From Paraphysomonas bandaiensis (Eukaryota > Protista > Chrysophyceae), in NCBI GenBank assembly GCA_965644295.1, contig CBFFRP010000463.1:72992-136991 (forward strand): a stretch of 64,000 nt of DNA, read 5' to 3'. The stretch's first letter is position 1. Every line of letters starts with the position of its first letter. Shown here in pieces: positions 52,470-62,147 of this stretch. Both the position numbers and the translations under genes were made by a program. The notes beneath the pieces were generated by a model that saw only the letters and a program-made list of their open reading frames with translations, was not told where the DNA came from and ran no database searches.

Positions 52470-53525
52470 ATGAGCATTTACCCAAAGCCGAAACCATCAA
52501 ACGGAGTATTCAACCCTTCAAATTACACATATATAAAAGATAGCATTGTTGACGTTGACTTAACAGGATATATTCAAAAGAGTGGAGATGTAATGAGTGG
52601 AACTCTAGTTTTGCCATCATTGAATTTATATGGAGATGGACAAGTATCATTCAATGACAATTCAATACAAACAACAGCAATGACAGATGCTTTAAAGACA
52701 GATATTGAAAACACGAAAACAAAAGCTACTAATATTTCATATGATGGAACAAATACATCAATTTCAGGAAGTGTTGAAGTATCAAAAATAATATTTCCAA
52801 ATCTAAGTGAACAAACAGTGGCCTTTACAAATAATTTAAAAACAACATATGATAACTATGAAACAGGAAAACAAGATTTGATAACATCAGGAAATAGAAT
52901 AAGTTGTAGTTTAATAGGAGATGGATTAATAACAAATGATGAACTAAACAAACTAAATAATGTTTCATCAAACATTCAAAATCAATTAGACGCCTTAGGA
53001 CATGGTTTAGGTAGCATATCAAAATTATATGAATTTAACAAGGGTGAAATGATAGGTTATAATTCAACTAATATCACTAATGGTAATATTTCAGGAATTA
53101 TATCAGTTGGTTCTGGTGTGTTATATGCATCAAGCGTTAATATATCATATACTAGTGAATACAATGTTTTAGCGCCATATACGCCAGATGTAGATGACTT
53201 TTTTGATAACTTGGGTTATATTAAAAAATTAGGTAGATTCTTAATCATACATCAATATGAACTTGGAACACTTGAATCTATTAACCATTTTTTTACTCAT
53301 ATAGAATTACATAAAAACAATGTTTTACACAAAAAATCAAGAAAATCTGGACAACATTGGAAAGCTAATAGAGGTTCTATTGAATATATAACAGGTGAAA
53401 TTTCTTTCTACATAACTGTAGATGAATTATCAACATATGCTTTATTCTTTTATTCTGATTTTGATTTTGACGGTGCAAGCAGTGATACCACTTTAAAATC
53501 AACAATAGAAATCATACAAATATAA
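52470..53525 (+). CDS. Putative fibre/spike protein
   Basis: N-terminal MSIYPKP...VFNPSNY, fibre-type YIQKSGDVMSGTL and a short coiled segment VSSNIQNQLDAL. Confidence 0.6.
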   Translation: MSIYPKPKPSNGVFNPSNYTYIKDSIVDVDLTGYIQKSGDVMSGTLVLPSLNLYGDGQVSFNDNSIQTTAMTDALKTDIENTKTKATNISYDGTNTSISGSVEVSKIIFPNLSEQTVAFTNNLKTTYDNYETGKQDLITSGNRISCSLIGDGLITNDELNKLNNVSSNIQNQLDALGHGLGSISKLYEFNKGEMIGYNSTNITNGNISGIISVGSGVLYASSVNISYTSEYNVLAPYTPDVDDFFDNLGYIKKLGRFLIIHQYELGTLESINHFFTHIELHKNNVLHKKSRKSGQHWKANRGSIEYITGEISFYITVDELSTYALFFYSDFDFDGASSDTTLKSTIEIIQI

Positions 53526-53572
53526 AAAGAATGAATATATTTTTCTAAACAATGTTATATATACAGTATAAG

Positions 53573-54268
53573 ATGGTTGATATAGTAAATTTTTATGAAT
53601 TAGACGAAGTAAAAGCCTTTCAAACAGAATCTATTAATCCTAACTATGGAAAACATGGAATCAAAGTGCCTTTTAGAATGTTAATCGTTGGAGCATCTGG
53701 AGCGGGTAAATCAAATATAGTTTTGAATATGATTCGTATTATGAATAATACGTTTCACAAGATTATCTTGTATACAAGAAACAAGAAAGAACCGTTATAT
53801 GAATACTTAGAAAATAAGTTAGAAGACAATGATGACTTATTTGAAGTTCACGAAGGTTTAGATCATTTAAGAAGTGTTAACATTGATAAAGAATATTTCG
53901 GACAAACGCTAATTATATTTGATGACTTAGTTAATGAGAAGAATCAAGATATAATAGGTGAAATGTTCTTAAGAGGTCGCAAAATAGGTATATCATTAAT
54001 GTATTTGACTCAGAAATACGCAAAAGTTCCAACACTAGTTAGAGAGCAATTAAATTATTTAATAATGAAGAAGATAAGTGGAAAAAGAGATATAACTTAT
54101 TTAATGAGAAATCATGCTTTAAATGGAAGTATTGAGCAATTATTAAACATGTATCAGTATTGTATAGATGACAAAATAACGAACTTTTTATTAATTGATT
54201 TAGAAGCACCAAGTGAAAGAGCATTCAGAAAGAACTTCAATGATATATTAAATATAGAAGCATTTTAA
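53573..54268 (+). CDS. A32-like FtsK/HerA DNA packaging ATPase
   Basis: PFRMLIVGASGAGKS (Walker A), LIIFDD (Walker B), RGRK arginine finger, YLTQ sensor. The start at 53573 (MVDIVNFY) is preferred over 53552 from the position of the upstream motif. Confidence 0.95.
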   Translation: MVDIVNFYELDEVKAFQTESINPNYGKHGIKVPFRMLIVGASGAGKSNIVLNMIRIMNNTFHKIILYTRNKKEPLYEYLENKLEDNDDLFEVHEGLDHLRSVNIDKEYFGQTLIIFDDLVNEKNQDIIGEMFLRGRKIGISLMYLTQKYAKVPTLVREQLNYLIMKKISGKRDITYLMRNHALNGSIEQLLNMYQYCIDDKITNFLLIDLEAPSERAFRKNFNDILNIEAF

Positions 54269-54303
54269 TTATAAAAAAATATGTTGTTATTATATATAAA
54301 AAC

Positions 54304-55701
54304 ATGTTATCCAGTTTTGAAATAAGAAGATTGAGTCCAAAGGAAAGAGCAAAATATTTTAGACAAAAGGAACTAAACGACTTAAAAATATTATCAGATA
54401 TTAGTAAGAATATATCAGAAGAGCAACAACACTTAAAAGAAGGTATAACACCAGAACTAAGAGATAATAGAACATTAGCAGAAAAAGAAGAAGATAAAGT
54501 ATTACAATCACAGACAGCACAAAAGAACGCTTTGAAGTTGTTTAAAAATGACGGCAATGAGGCACAAGACTTTTTGAATAAATTAAAAAATAGTAGATAT
54601 AAAAACTTTGTTGACTTTAACAAATATTTTTTAGGTATGTTTTCTTCTTTATCTAATAAGGTAGGTAAAGTGAGAGCGCAAGAAATGTATGACTTTGTAC
54701 ATAGATATCTTGAAAATCAAAAAAACACATCAGGAATAAGAAATCTTTTATCATCAGAACAAGAAGTTGATGCAATAATACGACATTTAACTAGTATAGC
54801 GGGTATATCAAACGAAACTAAAAATGATTTAAATGATAGACTTGAAGCATTGCAACTAACTTTAGAATCATTGATTAAGAAGTATGGAGAAAGTAAAGTG
54901 AAACAAGCTTATGAAATGTCAGATTTACCTGATTTTGATGAAGAAGTTGATGAAGACACAATTGTTCCAGAAATACAAAAGATAGACAAAAATTCATTAG
55001 AAAGTTTCACAAGACAATTTCAAAATTACCCAGTTTCTGATGATTACTCAGTTTCTGATTCAATATCATCAATAACAGATCAAGATAAAGATTTTCATAT
55101 TTATAGCAACACTGATTATGACTTTAGCTTTGACGAAGAGAAAGAAGAGAAAGAAGAGACTGAGATGAAAGAAGTAAAAGAAGTATATGATGAAAAGACT
55201 CAACGAGCTATAAATAAAGTAAATTCCATGACATTAGAAGAAATGAAGGCAATGTCAGCTAATGTGGTAAGATTGATTAGAATATTGAATCAAGGAGGAG
55301 ACGAATATAAAGATAGTTCAACACGAGTTAATAAAGATGACTTGAAATCTTATAATGAAGTTGCGCCACTCTTTACACCAAAAGGCGGAAAAGCTACAGG
55401 AATACAAAAGAAGAGTTTATATAAATTTGTCAAAGACTCAGGAATCAAAACAATAGATAAAATATTAAGAGAAAGAATAGCAGAACAAGAAGGAAATATA
55501 GCAGAAGCAAAACAACCAAGAGAACCGAGAAAATCAATTACACGAACTATACACGATATAAGAAGAGAAGAAGAAATGAAAAGAAAAGATGACGATGAAG
55601 ATGAAGATGAAGTAGAAGAAGAACCACAAGAAGACATTATAAAAGATGGCAACGGATTAAATATTAAAAAGGTTGGAAGTATGAGAGTTAGATTTGGTTA
55701 A
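54304..55701 (+). CDS. Viral hypothetical helical/charged protein (465 aa), possible core protein
   Basis: Long ORF in the morphogenesis cluster; K/E/D-rich; GxG motif near the C-terminus. Confidence 0.75.
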   Translation: MLSSFEIRRLSPKERAKYFRQKELNDLKILSDISKNISEEQQHLKEGITPELRDNRTLAEKEEDKVLQSQTAQKNALKLFKNDGNEAQDFLNKLKNSRYKNFVDFNKYFLGMFSSLSNKVGKVRAQEMYDFVHRYLENQKNTSGIRNLLSSEQEVDAIIRHLTSIAGISNETKNDLNDRLEALQLTLESLIKKYGESKVKQAYEMSDLPDFDEEVDEDTIVPEIQKIDKNSLESFTRQFQNYPVSDDYSVSDSISSITDQDKDFHIYSNTDYDFSFDEEKEEKEETEMKEVKEVYDEKTQRAINKVNSMTLEEMKAMSANVVRLIRILNQGGDEYKDSSTRVNKDDLKSYNEVAPLFTPKGGKATGIQKKSLYKFVKDSGIKTIDKILRERIAEQEGNIAEAKQPREPRKSITRTIHDIRREEEMKRKDDDEDEDEVEEEPQEDIIKDGNGLNIKKVGSMRVRFG

Positions 55702-55750
55702 TATTTAATAGTATAAAATATAATATAATATAATAGTATATTATATAATA

Positions 55751-56209
55751 ATGACAATTAAAAAGAACTACAAGAAGTTTTACAAACTACAAATAAATGT
55801 AATGAAGCTATTAGACAATAAGTTAATGATATTATACGAAACAGGATCACCATTCAGCAGATATATAAAGACACAAACAATAAGCCCCGAGTTTGCGAGT
55901 GTGTTGTTAAACTTAATTGACACAAATGAACTAAATTATGAAATGATAAAACGATTAACAGAAGAAGAGAAGAAGTTATTTAACATTATAATGACACAAT
56001 CAGGAGCAAAGACAGAATTGAAATACAAAGAGCCAGAACTAACGGAAGAAGATTTATTAAAGCGATTTGAAATATTACAAGGGAGTATTCGAGCAGGAAA
56101 CAACAGTAATGAAGTATTGAAAGAAGGAATAGACATATTGAAAAGACTAAATAAGCTAGGTAGAATAGATGATGAACAGTTAAATGAAATCTTAAATAGT
56201 TTAGAATAA
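55751..56209 (+). CDS. Polinton/PLV-type hypothetical protein with AGN motif
   Basis: The C-terminal LLKRFEILQGSIRAGNNSNEVLKEGIDILKRL...GRI resembles a motif I recall from proteins encoded between the ATPase and penton in Polinton-like elements. Confidence 0.65.
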   Translation: MTIKKNYKKFYKLQINVMKLLDNKLMILYETGSPFSRYIKTQTISPEFASVLLNLIDTNELNYEMIKRLTEEEKKLFNIIMTQSGAKTELKYKEPELTEEDLLKRFEILQGSIRAGNNSNEVLKEGIDILKRLNKLGRIDDEQLNEILNSLE

Positions 56210-56247
56210 CTATTTACAAAAATTATTATATAAGTAAATATTATATA

Positions 56248-57135
56248 ATGTCAGACACAAATTATAACTACAATACAATTATATTGAATAAAAACAATAT
56301 AGTTTCAGGTTCAAAGAATTCAGTATTCAAATATACTTTTAATCAATCATTACGACTAAATGATTGTTCATTAGCTATTCAAAGCATAAATATGTATTAC
56401 AGTTGGTTTAATATATCAGATTATTTCAGAAACAATAAATTTTCATATGTATGGTTTGACAATGCAGGAGACTTGAACACAACTATAGATATTACAATTC
56501 CAGATGGATTTTATACAGTTGAATTATTGAATAAATTTTTACAATCTGAACTAGAGAAAAGGGGTCATTATTTAATTCAACAAAGCACGGGTGATTTTGC
56601 TTATCACATAGAATTCATTTCAAATGTAAGTTATTATTCAGTTCAATTGAATGTATATGCAATGATGACAGCAGCTCAAGCAGGAACAGATTTCGTCAAA
56701 GGTTCAGAGACTTGGTCTTATCCTTCAACACCAACAACACCTCAATTAGTTGTTTCAAATTCTTCTTCATTTGGAGACTTAATAGGATATTCTAATGGAT
56801 CGTATCCATCAACAGCATCAAGCACAAACACAACTTTTTTATCAGATAAGACACCAAATATGACGCCTGTTAGCTCTATAAACGTCGTTTGTTCAATGAC
56901 TACTCAAAACGGCTTTAGCAATCCTGATGGACTGTTATATTCATTTACAAGTGGCAGTGTTGAATTTGGAGGTATGATAGATAGAGAACCAAAAACAGAG
57001 TCATTTGTTAAAGTGAGAGATGCTTTATATTCAAGTTTTACAATAGAACTATACGACCAAGATATGAGAAGATTAGATATAAGAGACGCTGAAACGGTTA
57101 TAATGTTAATTATTAAGAGTCCTGATAAAGATTAA
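56248..57135 (+). CDS. Minor capsid protein (penton, single jelly-roll)
   Basis: 295 aa and beta-rich, with LAIQSINMYYSWFNIS...NNKFSY, ITIPDGFYTVELLN and a C-terminal IELYDQD...LDI, typical of Polinton/PLV pentons; lies upstream of the major capsid gene. Confidence 0.75.
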   Translation: MSDTNYNYNTIILNKNNIVSGSKNSVFKYTFNQSLRLNDCSLAIQSINMYYSWFNISDYFRNNKFSYVWFDNAGDLNTTIDITIPDGFYTVELLNKFLQSELEKRGHYLIQQSTGDFAYHIEFISNVSYYSVQLNVYAMMTAAQAGTDFVKGSETWSYPSTPTTPQLVVSNSSSFGDLIGYSNGSYPSTASSTNTTFLSDKTPNMTPVSSINVVCSMTTQNGFSNPDGLLYSFTSGSVEFGGMIDREPKTESFVKVRDALYSSFTIELYDQDMRRLDIRDAETVIMLIIKSPDKD

Positions 57136-57178
57136 AACGATATAGTATATTTTTTTATATAATACTATTATATACGAT

Positions 57179-57478
57179 ATGTCATATTATAAAATGATAG
57201 GTGGAACAATGAGAAGACAAGTAATTCCTTCTCATAGAAAAGAAATACAAGAAGAAACAAAAGAAGATAAGATAAAAGAAGACGTAATTATTGAACATAA
57301 ACAGAAAGTGGAAAACACAAAGAAACCTAATATAAGTTTAAGTGATAAACTAATGAGTATTAAGGTGAAACCAAGAACAGAAGGGAAAGGACAAGATAGA
57401 AGCAAAGATGAGTTATTTGAGCGTGTAAACAATGTATCAATGGAAAGATTAAAAAAATTTGCTAATTTAAAAGTATAG
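57179..57478 (+). CDS. Small basic viral protein (99 aa), possible processed core protein
   Basis: K/E-rich, with MIGG and EGKG motifs. Confidence 0.65.
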   Translation: MSYYKMIGGTMRRQVIPSHRKEIQEETKEDKIKEDVIIEHKQKVENTKKPNISLSDKLMSIKVKPRTEGKGQDRSKDELFERVNNVSMERLKKFANLKV

Positions 57479-57480
57479 AA

Positions 57481-57625
57481 TATTTTATTCTATTCAAAAT
57501 ATTTTTCCAAAATTATTTATTCTATTCAAAATATTCTATTCAAAATATTTTTTCAAAATATTTTTTCAAAAATATTTATCAAAAATATTTATTCTATTCA
57601 AAATATTTTTTCAAAATTATTTATT
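57481..57625 (+). repeat. Viral repeat array 2, directly upstream of the major capsid gene
   Basis: Same TTCTATTCAAAATATTTTTTCAAAA / ATCAAAAATATTTAT subunits as array 1, rearranged. Confidence 0.9.
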
Positions 57626-57662
57626 ATAAAATATTTTATAATCTAAGTATATATTATACAAT

Positions 57663-59351
57663 ATGGACAAGGCAATAGTTGACCAATCTTTTGAACAAGC
57701 ACATGAGAATGTAAGTGACTTTGTGGAGTGGGATTATAGCAAAGTAAGTGATTTGCAGACTTCTGGTAATTATAGCAGTAACCAGACAATATTTGAAACG
57801 ACCACACTCAGCAACAACGGTAAAATAACTGATTACAAAAATGGATTTTTTACAATTCCAATAGTGGATGTTGTGACTGGTGAAAACGGTGGTAATCCCG
57901 TTGACTTTACAGCAGCGCACATAAAAGAGAGTGATTTGTTACTATGTAGGAAAAATTCAAGTTTAAATATGATAGATTCAGTATCTATTCAATATCAAAA
58001 TCAAGCAGGAATTCAAGAGACAAGAAATATTAATCAATACTTAATATTTAAACAACATTCAGAAATGTCATTAGATGATGAATATGTTAACGGTCCTACA
58101 ATAGGATATGCCAAAGACACGTCGGATTCATGGAGCTATGATGAAGCTAACGGATTAATGAACAACAATAATGCTTTGAATCATTTAAATGGTATTGATT
58201 ACATAAATAAATGTAATAAAGGAATGTATGAAAGACAACAAGTTTTTAATAAAGTTGTTGATACTGCCAATTTATCTAAAAGAAATTTGGTATTGGGTAA
58301 TAATGAAAAAATTAAAGAAATGAATCGCAGTTATGTTGTGAACACTGCAACATATAAAGCCTATTATCATAATGCTATTATTCGTCTTAAAGACCTTTCA
58401 ACCATATTCGAGAAATCACCCCCAATGAAAGGTGGCCTTTTCAAAATATCAATCAATTTTAACCAGTGTATATTCAAAGTGACTAAAACAGACAACGACA
58501 CAATGTCATTTTCTCCAGCAGATTTTAACGGAAGAGGAACAAATCCTTTGATGGTTTCAAGTTCTCAATATGAAACTTTATCCGGTAGTGATAATAACTC
58601 AGTAACTTCAGACGATGTATACTGTGGTGGATACACAATTCCAGATGGAACAGTGTTGACAATTTCCAGCAATATAGCAAAACCTCAATTTTACCCACAT
58701 AATACACTTAATGTTACTCCATGTAAAGAACAGAACTGTTTTCTTCACATTCCTTCTTATACAATGAAACCTGCTCTCCAGAAAAGATATTTAGAGAGTC
58801 CACAAAAACAAGTTATATATAATGATGTTGTTTTATTTCAACTTTTCAATAAAACAGGTCAAGTTAATGAACTGATTACAAACGGCCTGTCATACGCAAA
58901 GAGAATGATTATTTGTCCTTTTATTAGCTCAGGGGCTAATGGAACAAATCAGATTCACCCGTTTCAATCACCTTTCACAACTGAACCCGCAACCTGTAGT
59001 CCTTATACCATTCAAAATCTTCAAGTTAAAGTATCATCAACTAATTTATATCCTAATCAAATTAATTATTCATATGATATGTTTATGAGAGAGTTAAATG
59101 GTAAATATGGAGTAAATTTTAACTTAACAACTGGTTTATGTAGTTCAAGAATCAATTTAAAAGACTTCATTAATACATACGGTTATATCGTAGTTGACCT
59201 AAAACGTAAACACACTGATGACGAAAGCGTCCCCTTATCTATTCAGCTTGAATGTAATATATCAAGTCCCAAACCACTTGATTTCAATATTTTTGTAGAA
59301 CAAGAGAAATCATTCGGAATTGAAGTAGCAACAGGAAAAAGAGTAGATTAA
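57663..59351 (+). CDS. Major capsid protein (putative double jelly-roll)
   Basis: 562 aa and the largest gene of the module. The N-terminal VSDLQTSGNYSSNQTIFETTTLSNNGKITDYKNGFFTIP, the internal AIIRLKDL...F...P and the C-terminal YGYIVVDL...IFVEQEK are reminiscent of PLV capsids. The ATPase-penton-MCP-protease context supports the call. Confidence 0.78.
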   Translation: MDKAIVDQSFEQAHENVSDFVEWDYSKVSDLQTSGNYSSNQTIFETTTLSNNGKITDYKNGFFTIPIVDVVTGENGGNPVDFTAAHIKESDLLLCRKNSSLNMIDSVSIQYQNQAGIQETRNINQYLIFKQHSEMSLDDEYVNGPTIGYAKDTSDSWSYDEANGLMNNNNALNHLNGIDYINKCNKGMYERQQVFNKVVDTANLSKRNLVLGNNEKIKEMNRSYVVNTATYKAYYHNAIIRLKDLSTIFEKSPPMKGGLFKISINFNQCIFKVTKTDNDTMSFSPADFNGRGTNPLMVSSSQYETLSGSDNNSVTSDDVYCGGYTIPDGTVLTISSNIAKPQFYPHNTLNVTPCKEQNCFLHIPSYTMKPALQKRYLESPQKQVIYNDVVLFQLFNKTGQVNELITNGLSYAKRMIICPFISSGANGTNQIHPFQSPFTTEPATCSPYTIQNLQVKVSSTNLYPNQINYSYDMFMRELNGKYGVNFNLTTGLCSSRINLKDFINTYGYIVVDLKRKHTDDESVPLSIQLECNISSPKPLDFNIFVEQEKSFGIEVATGKRVD

Positions 59352-59389
59352 ACAAAATATTTTTAGTATGATAATATTTAATATAAACT

Positions 59390-59414
59390 AATTATTATCT
59401 CAACATAATATATA
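59390..59414 (+). promoter_or_regulatory. Representative copy of the conserved viral upstream motif (W8-T[AC]T-N4-W5-RTATA)
   Basis: AATTATTA-TCT-CAAC-ATAAT-ATATA, 4 nt before the ATG at 59419. Equivalent copies precede nearly all viral ORFs. Confidence 0.65.
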
Positions 59415-59418
59415 TATA

Positions 59419-60207
59419 ATGCATCAAGTAAAACTCAATCTATCTGAAGCTCAATTAAGAAAGTTATCAAATGGACACAATATACAAGTTAGACCAGACC
59501 AAATCGGCTTTGGCTTTCCAGTTGCTTTATCTGACAAGAACTTGAAAAAAATTGAAAACTCTTATAATAAGTCAAAAGGAACGCGACTAACACTAGACAA
59601 TAATGAAATTGAAGGTGGCAATCTAAAACAAAACATTAGAAGTGCTTTCAATAAGACTAAGAAACAAGTTAAAAAGACATTCAAAGATCCAAACTTAGGA
59701 AGAAAGGTTAAAAATACTTCAAGAAAGGTTAAAAACACTGTCAATGATTTTGCTGTTGTTGGTGATTTAGGCATTCCCGTTGTTAGTGATTCATATAATT
59801 TATTGAATACTACTACCCGTTTAGGTGATAAGTTAGTTAGAAGTGGTGTGGACCATATTGAAGATAGAAAAGATGAAAAGAAAAGAAGTCAATTTGTTAA
59901 TGATTTTAATTCACTAAGAGAACATGCTAATACTCAATCTTCAAATTCTCCTCCAACTGAAGGAAGTGGTAATCCTTATCTTCCATCAAAGCAAGTGAAG
60001 AAAGTTAAAAATAAACTTACTACTGGCTCATCATTTAGAACATTGGGTGCTGGAGTTATAGAAGTGGATTACAAAGGAAAGAAACCCGTTAAACTTAAAG
60101 ACGATGGAAGCAATCTAGTTAGAGCTGGACATCCTGGTTTTGACCCTGGAATATCAAGTTTGCCTAATACTTGTTGTTATTGTTCTCATTGTGGAAAGAA
60201 AAAATAA
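59419..60207 (+). CDS. Basic viral protein (262 aa), putative core/membrane-active precursor
   Basis: N-terminal VKLNLSEAQLRKLSNGHNIQV; Lys-rich; several GxG/GG sites; C-terminal CCYCSHC. Confidence 0.7.
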   Translation: MHQVKLNLSEAQLRKLSNGHNIQVRPDQIGFGFPVALSDKNLKKIENSYNKSKGTRLTLDNNEIEGGNLKQNIRSAFNKTKKQVKKTFKDPNLGRKVKNTSRKVKNTVNDFAVVGDLGIPVVSDSYNLLNTTTRLGDKLVRSGVDHIEDRKDEKKRSQFVNDFNSLREHANTQSSNSPPTEGSGNPYLPSKQVKKVKNKLTTGSSFRTLGAGVIEVDYKGKKPVKLKDDGSNLVRAGHPGFDPGISSLPNTCCYCSHCGKKK

Positions 60208-60224
60208 TGTGAATATAATATATA

Positions 60225-60719
60225 ATGGATTACACAACAAGTAACATAGATTTGACACATTATCTTATGTTAAAAGGTATAAATCTTAATCAAATAGTGA
60301 GTAAGAATAAGTTATTAGGTAAAGCAAAAGAAAATGGCAATTATATTATAAACTTAGAAGATAGTGATAAAGGCATGGGTTCTCATTGGGTAGCTTTGAA
60401 GTGTTTTAAAAAAACTTGTCTATATTTTGATTCATATGGAATTGCACCTCCTAGAGAAGTTATAAGTTTTTGTAATAAGAAGAAGTTAATATATTCATGT
60501 GACCAAATACAAGGCATAAAAGACACTTCCTGTGGTTTTTATTGTGTTTACTTTCTTTATCATTTCAATAATCTAAGAAGTTTTAAAGATGATATAAGAA
60601 GTTTAGGTTATCATTTAAACTTATTTCTTAAACCTTTTGATACAAGTAACACAGAAAAGAATGTGAAGATACTAAAAAGAAGATTCAAAGAAATCTATGA
60701 AAATGACTTGAAGAAATAA
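60225..60719 (+). CDS. Adenain/Ulp1-like cysteine maturation protease
   Basis: YIINLEDSDKGMGSHWVAL (His), YFDSYG (Asp), QIQ...SCGFYC (oxyanion Gln, catalytic Cys). Confidence 0.92.
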   Translation: MDYTTSNIDLTHYLMLKGINLNQIVSKNKLLGKAKENGNYIINLEDSDKGMGSHWVALKCFKKTCLYFDSYGIAPPREVISFCNKKKLIYSCDQIQGIKDTSCGFYCVYFLYHFNNLRSFKDDIRSLGYHLNLFLKPFDTSNTEKNVKILKRRFKEIYENDLKK

Positions 60720-60778
60720 TTTTAATTTATGTTAAAGAATTATATAATTTTTTAAATCTGCAATTTATATATATATAG

Positions 60779-61324
60779 ATGAAAAAATTGACTACTCCTA
60801 GTAAACCAACAGACGCGATGCCTGAAACATATAAATCAATTGTTGAATCTGTTGAATCTGATTCAAATCCTTTTGATTCATTTAAGGCTCCTGTTATTCA
60901 AAAGCAAGAATCAATGCGTGAATTACCACCAAAAACACTTTACAATCACAATCTTAAGCGGCTTAAATCATACAGAAACTTAAGAAAGAAATATAAACTA
61001 GATAATCAAAAAACTGTATTCTTAGAAAACTTGAAAGAAACTTTAAAGCCTCTAGACCCAAGAAGCAATAAATATGATAGTGAATTATTAGTGGCTGTCT
61101 TAGATATTGCTGAATATTTTTTTATTTATGGTGATAAAGAACAAAGGAACACTATGAAAATGGAAGCTGTTGTTGAAATAATGAAACCATATTTTAACAA
61201 TGATGAAACATATTTATTGCATAGTATAAATAATGTAATGCATAAAGTTAAAAGAAGTAACATATTCAGAAGATTAGCAACAAGACTTAGAATTTTTTTT
61301 TCAATGACGATGAAAGCTTCTTAA
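60779..61324 (+). CDS. Viral hypothetical protein (181 aa), possibly extended to 61410 by a -1 frameshift
   Basis: ORF with an exact upstream motif match; it ends just after a T9 run. Confidence 0.75.
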   Translation: MKKLTTPSKPTDAMPETYKSIVESVESDSNPFDSFKAPVIQKQESMRELPPKTLYNHNLKRLKSYRNLRKKYKLDNQKTVFLENLKETLKPLDPRSNKYDSELLVAVLDIAEYFFIYGDKEQRNTMKMEAVVEIMKPYFNNDETYLLHSINNVMHKVKRSNIFRRLATRLRIFFSMTMKAS

Positions 61325-61455
61325 AGGCTCTCATTAAATCGTTGATTGTTGAGATTCTAGTTAAAGTTATTATTCAAAGAATATTCCCAATTTTATTAAT
61401 CGCATTATAAAACTATTTCATTTTATTATATATGTGTAATATATATAGTAGTAAT

Positions 61456-62142
61456 ATGTCAAAATGGATAAAACACGTAAAACAATATAGCGAACAAAAT
61501 AATATGAAGTATAATGAAGCCTTATCAGACCCTGTGTGCAGAGCATTATATTATGAAATGAAAGGTGGTGCTTTAACAGCAGATGAAACAAGAAAATTAT
61601 TAAAGTCTTCATATAATAAAAAAAACAAAGATGTAGGTAATTTTAAAGTTGATAAGCATTTATCTGGAAATAGAACAAAAGTTTATTATGATGAAGAAAA
61701 TAATATGCCCGTTGTTGTTCATCGTGGAACAAACTCTAAACAAGATGTATTAACTGATGCAGGCTTATTATTTGGACATAGAGGAAATAGATTTAAACAT
61801 GCTAAAAAAATACAAAAGAAAGCAGAAAAGAAATATGGAACTGAAAACATGCACACATTAGGGCATTCTTTAGGTGGACTCGTTGCAGAAGAAGTAGGCA
61901 AGAATTCAAAAAACGTCATTACATTTAACAAGGCAATATCACCTTTTGAAATGTTAAAAAAAAATCAATCAAATCAAACAGACATTAAAACAAGCAATGA
62001 CCCTGTATCATCATTAAATTATTTTAATAATAATAAAAAAAATAAAACTAAAGTATTTAATGCTAAAACAAATAACCCTTTTAAATCACATAGCACAGAC
62101 GCTTTGAAACATTTAAAACCTGGTAAAGTTATTGGAAATTAA
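61456..62142 (+). CDS. Class-3 lipase-like alpha/beta hydrolase with N-terminal leader
   Basis: VVVHRGT, DVLTD, GHSLGG nucleophile elbow, DPVS and a C-terminal H. The start at 61456 (MSKWIKHVK) is supported by the upstream motif, which overlaps the 61432 ATG. Confidence 0.88.
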   Translation: MSKWIKHVKQYSEQNNMKYNEALSDPVCRALYYEMKGGALTADETRKLLKSSYNKKNKDVGNFKVDKHLSGNRTKVYYDEENNMPVVVHRGTNSKQDVLTDAGLLFGHRGNRFKHAKKIQKKAEKKYGTENMHTLGHSLGGLVAEEVGKNSKNVITFNKAISPFEMLKKNQSNQTDIKTSNDPVSSLNYFNNNKKNKTKVFNAKTNNPFKSHSTDALKHLKPGKVIGN

Positions 62143-62147
62143 TATAT

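Noticed and set aside
58425-58440. MKGG/L adenain-like site within the major capsid protein
   Set aside because: It lies mid-protein in the presumed folded core, so it is unlikely to be a maturation site.
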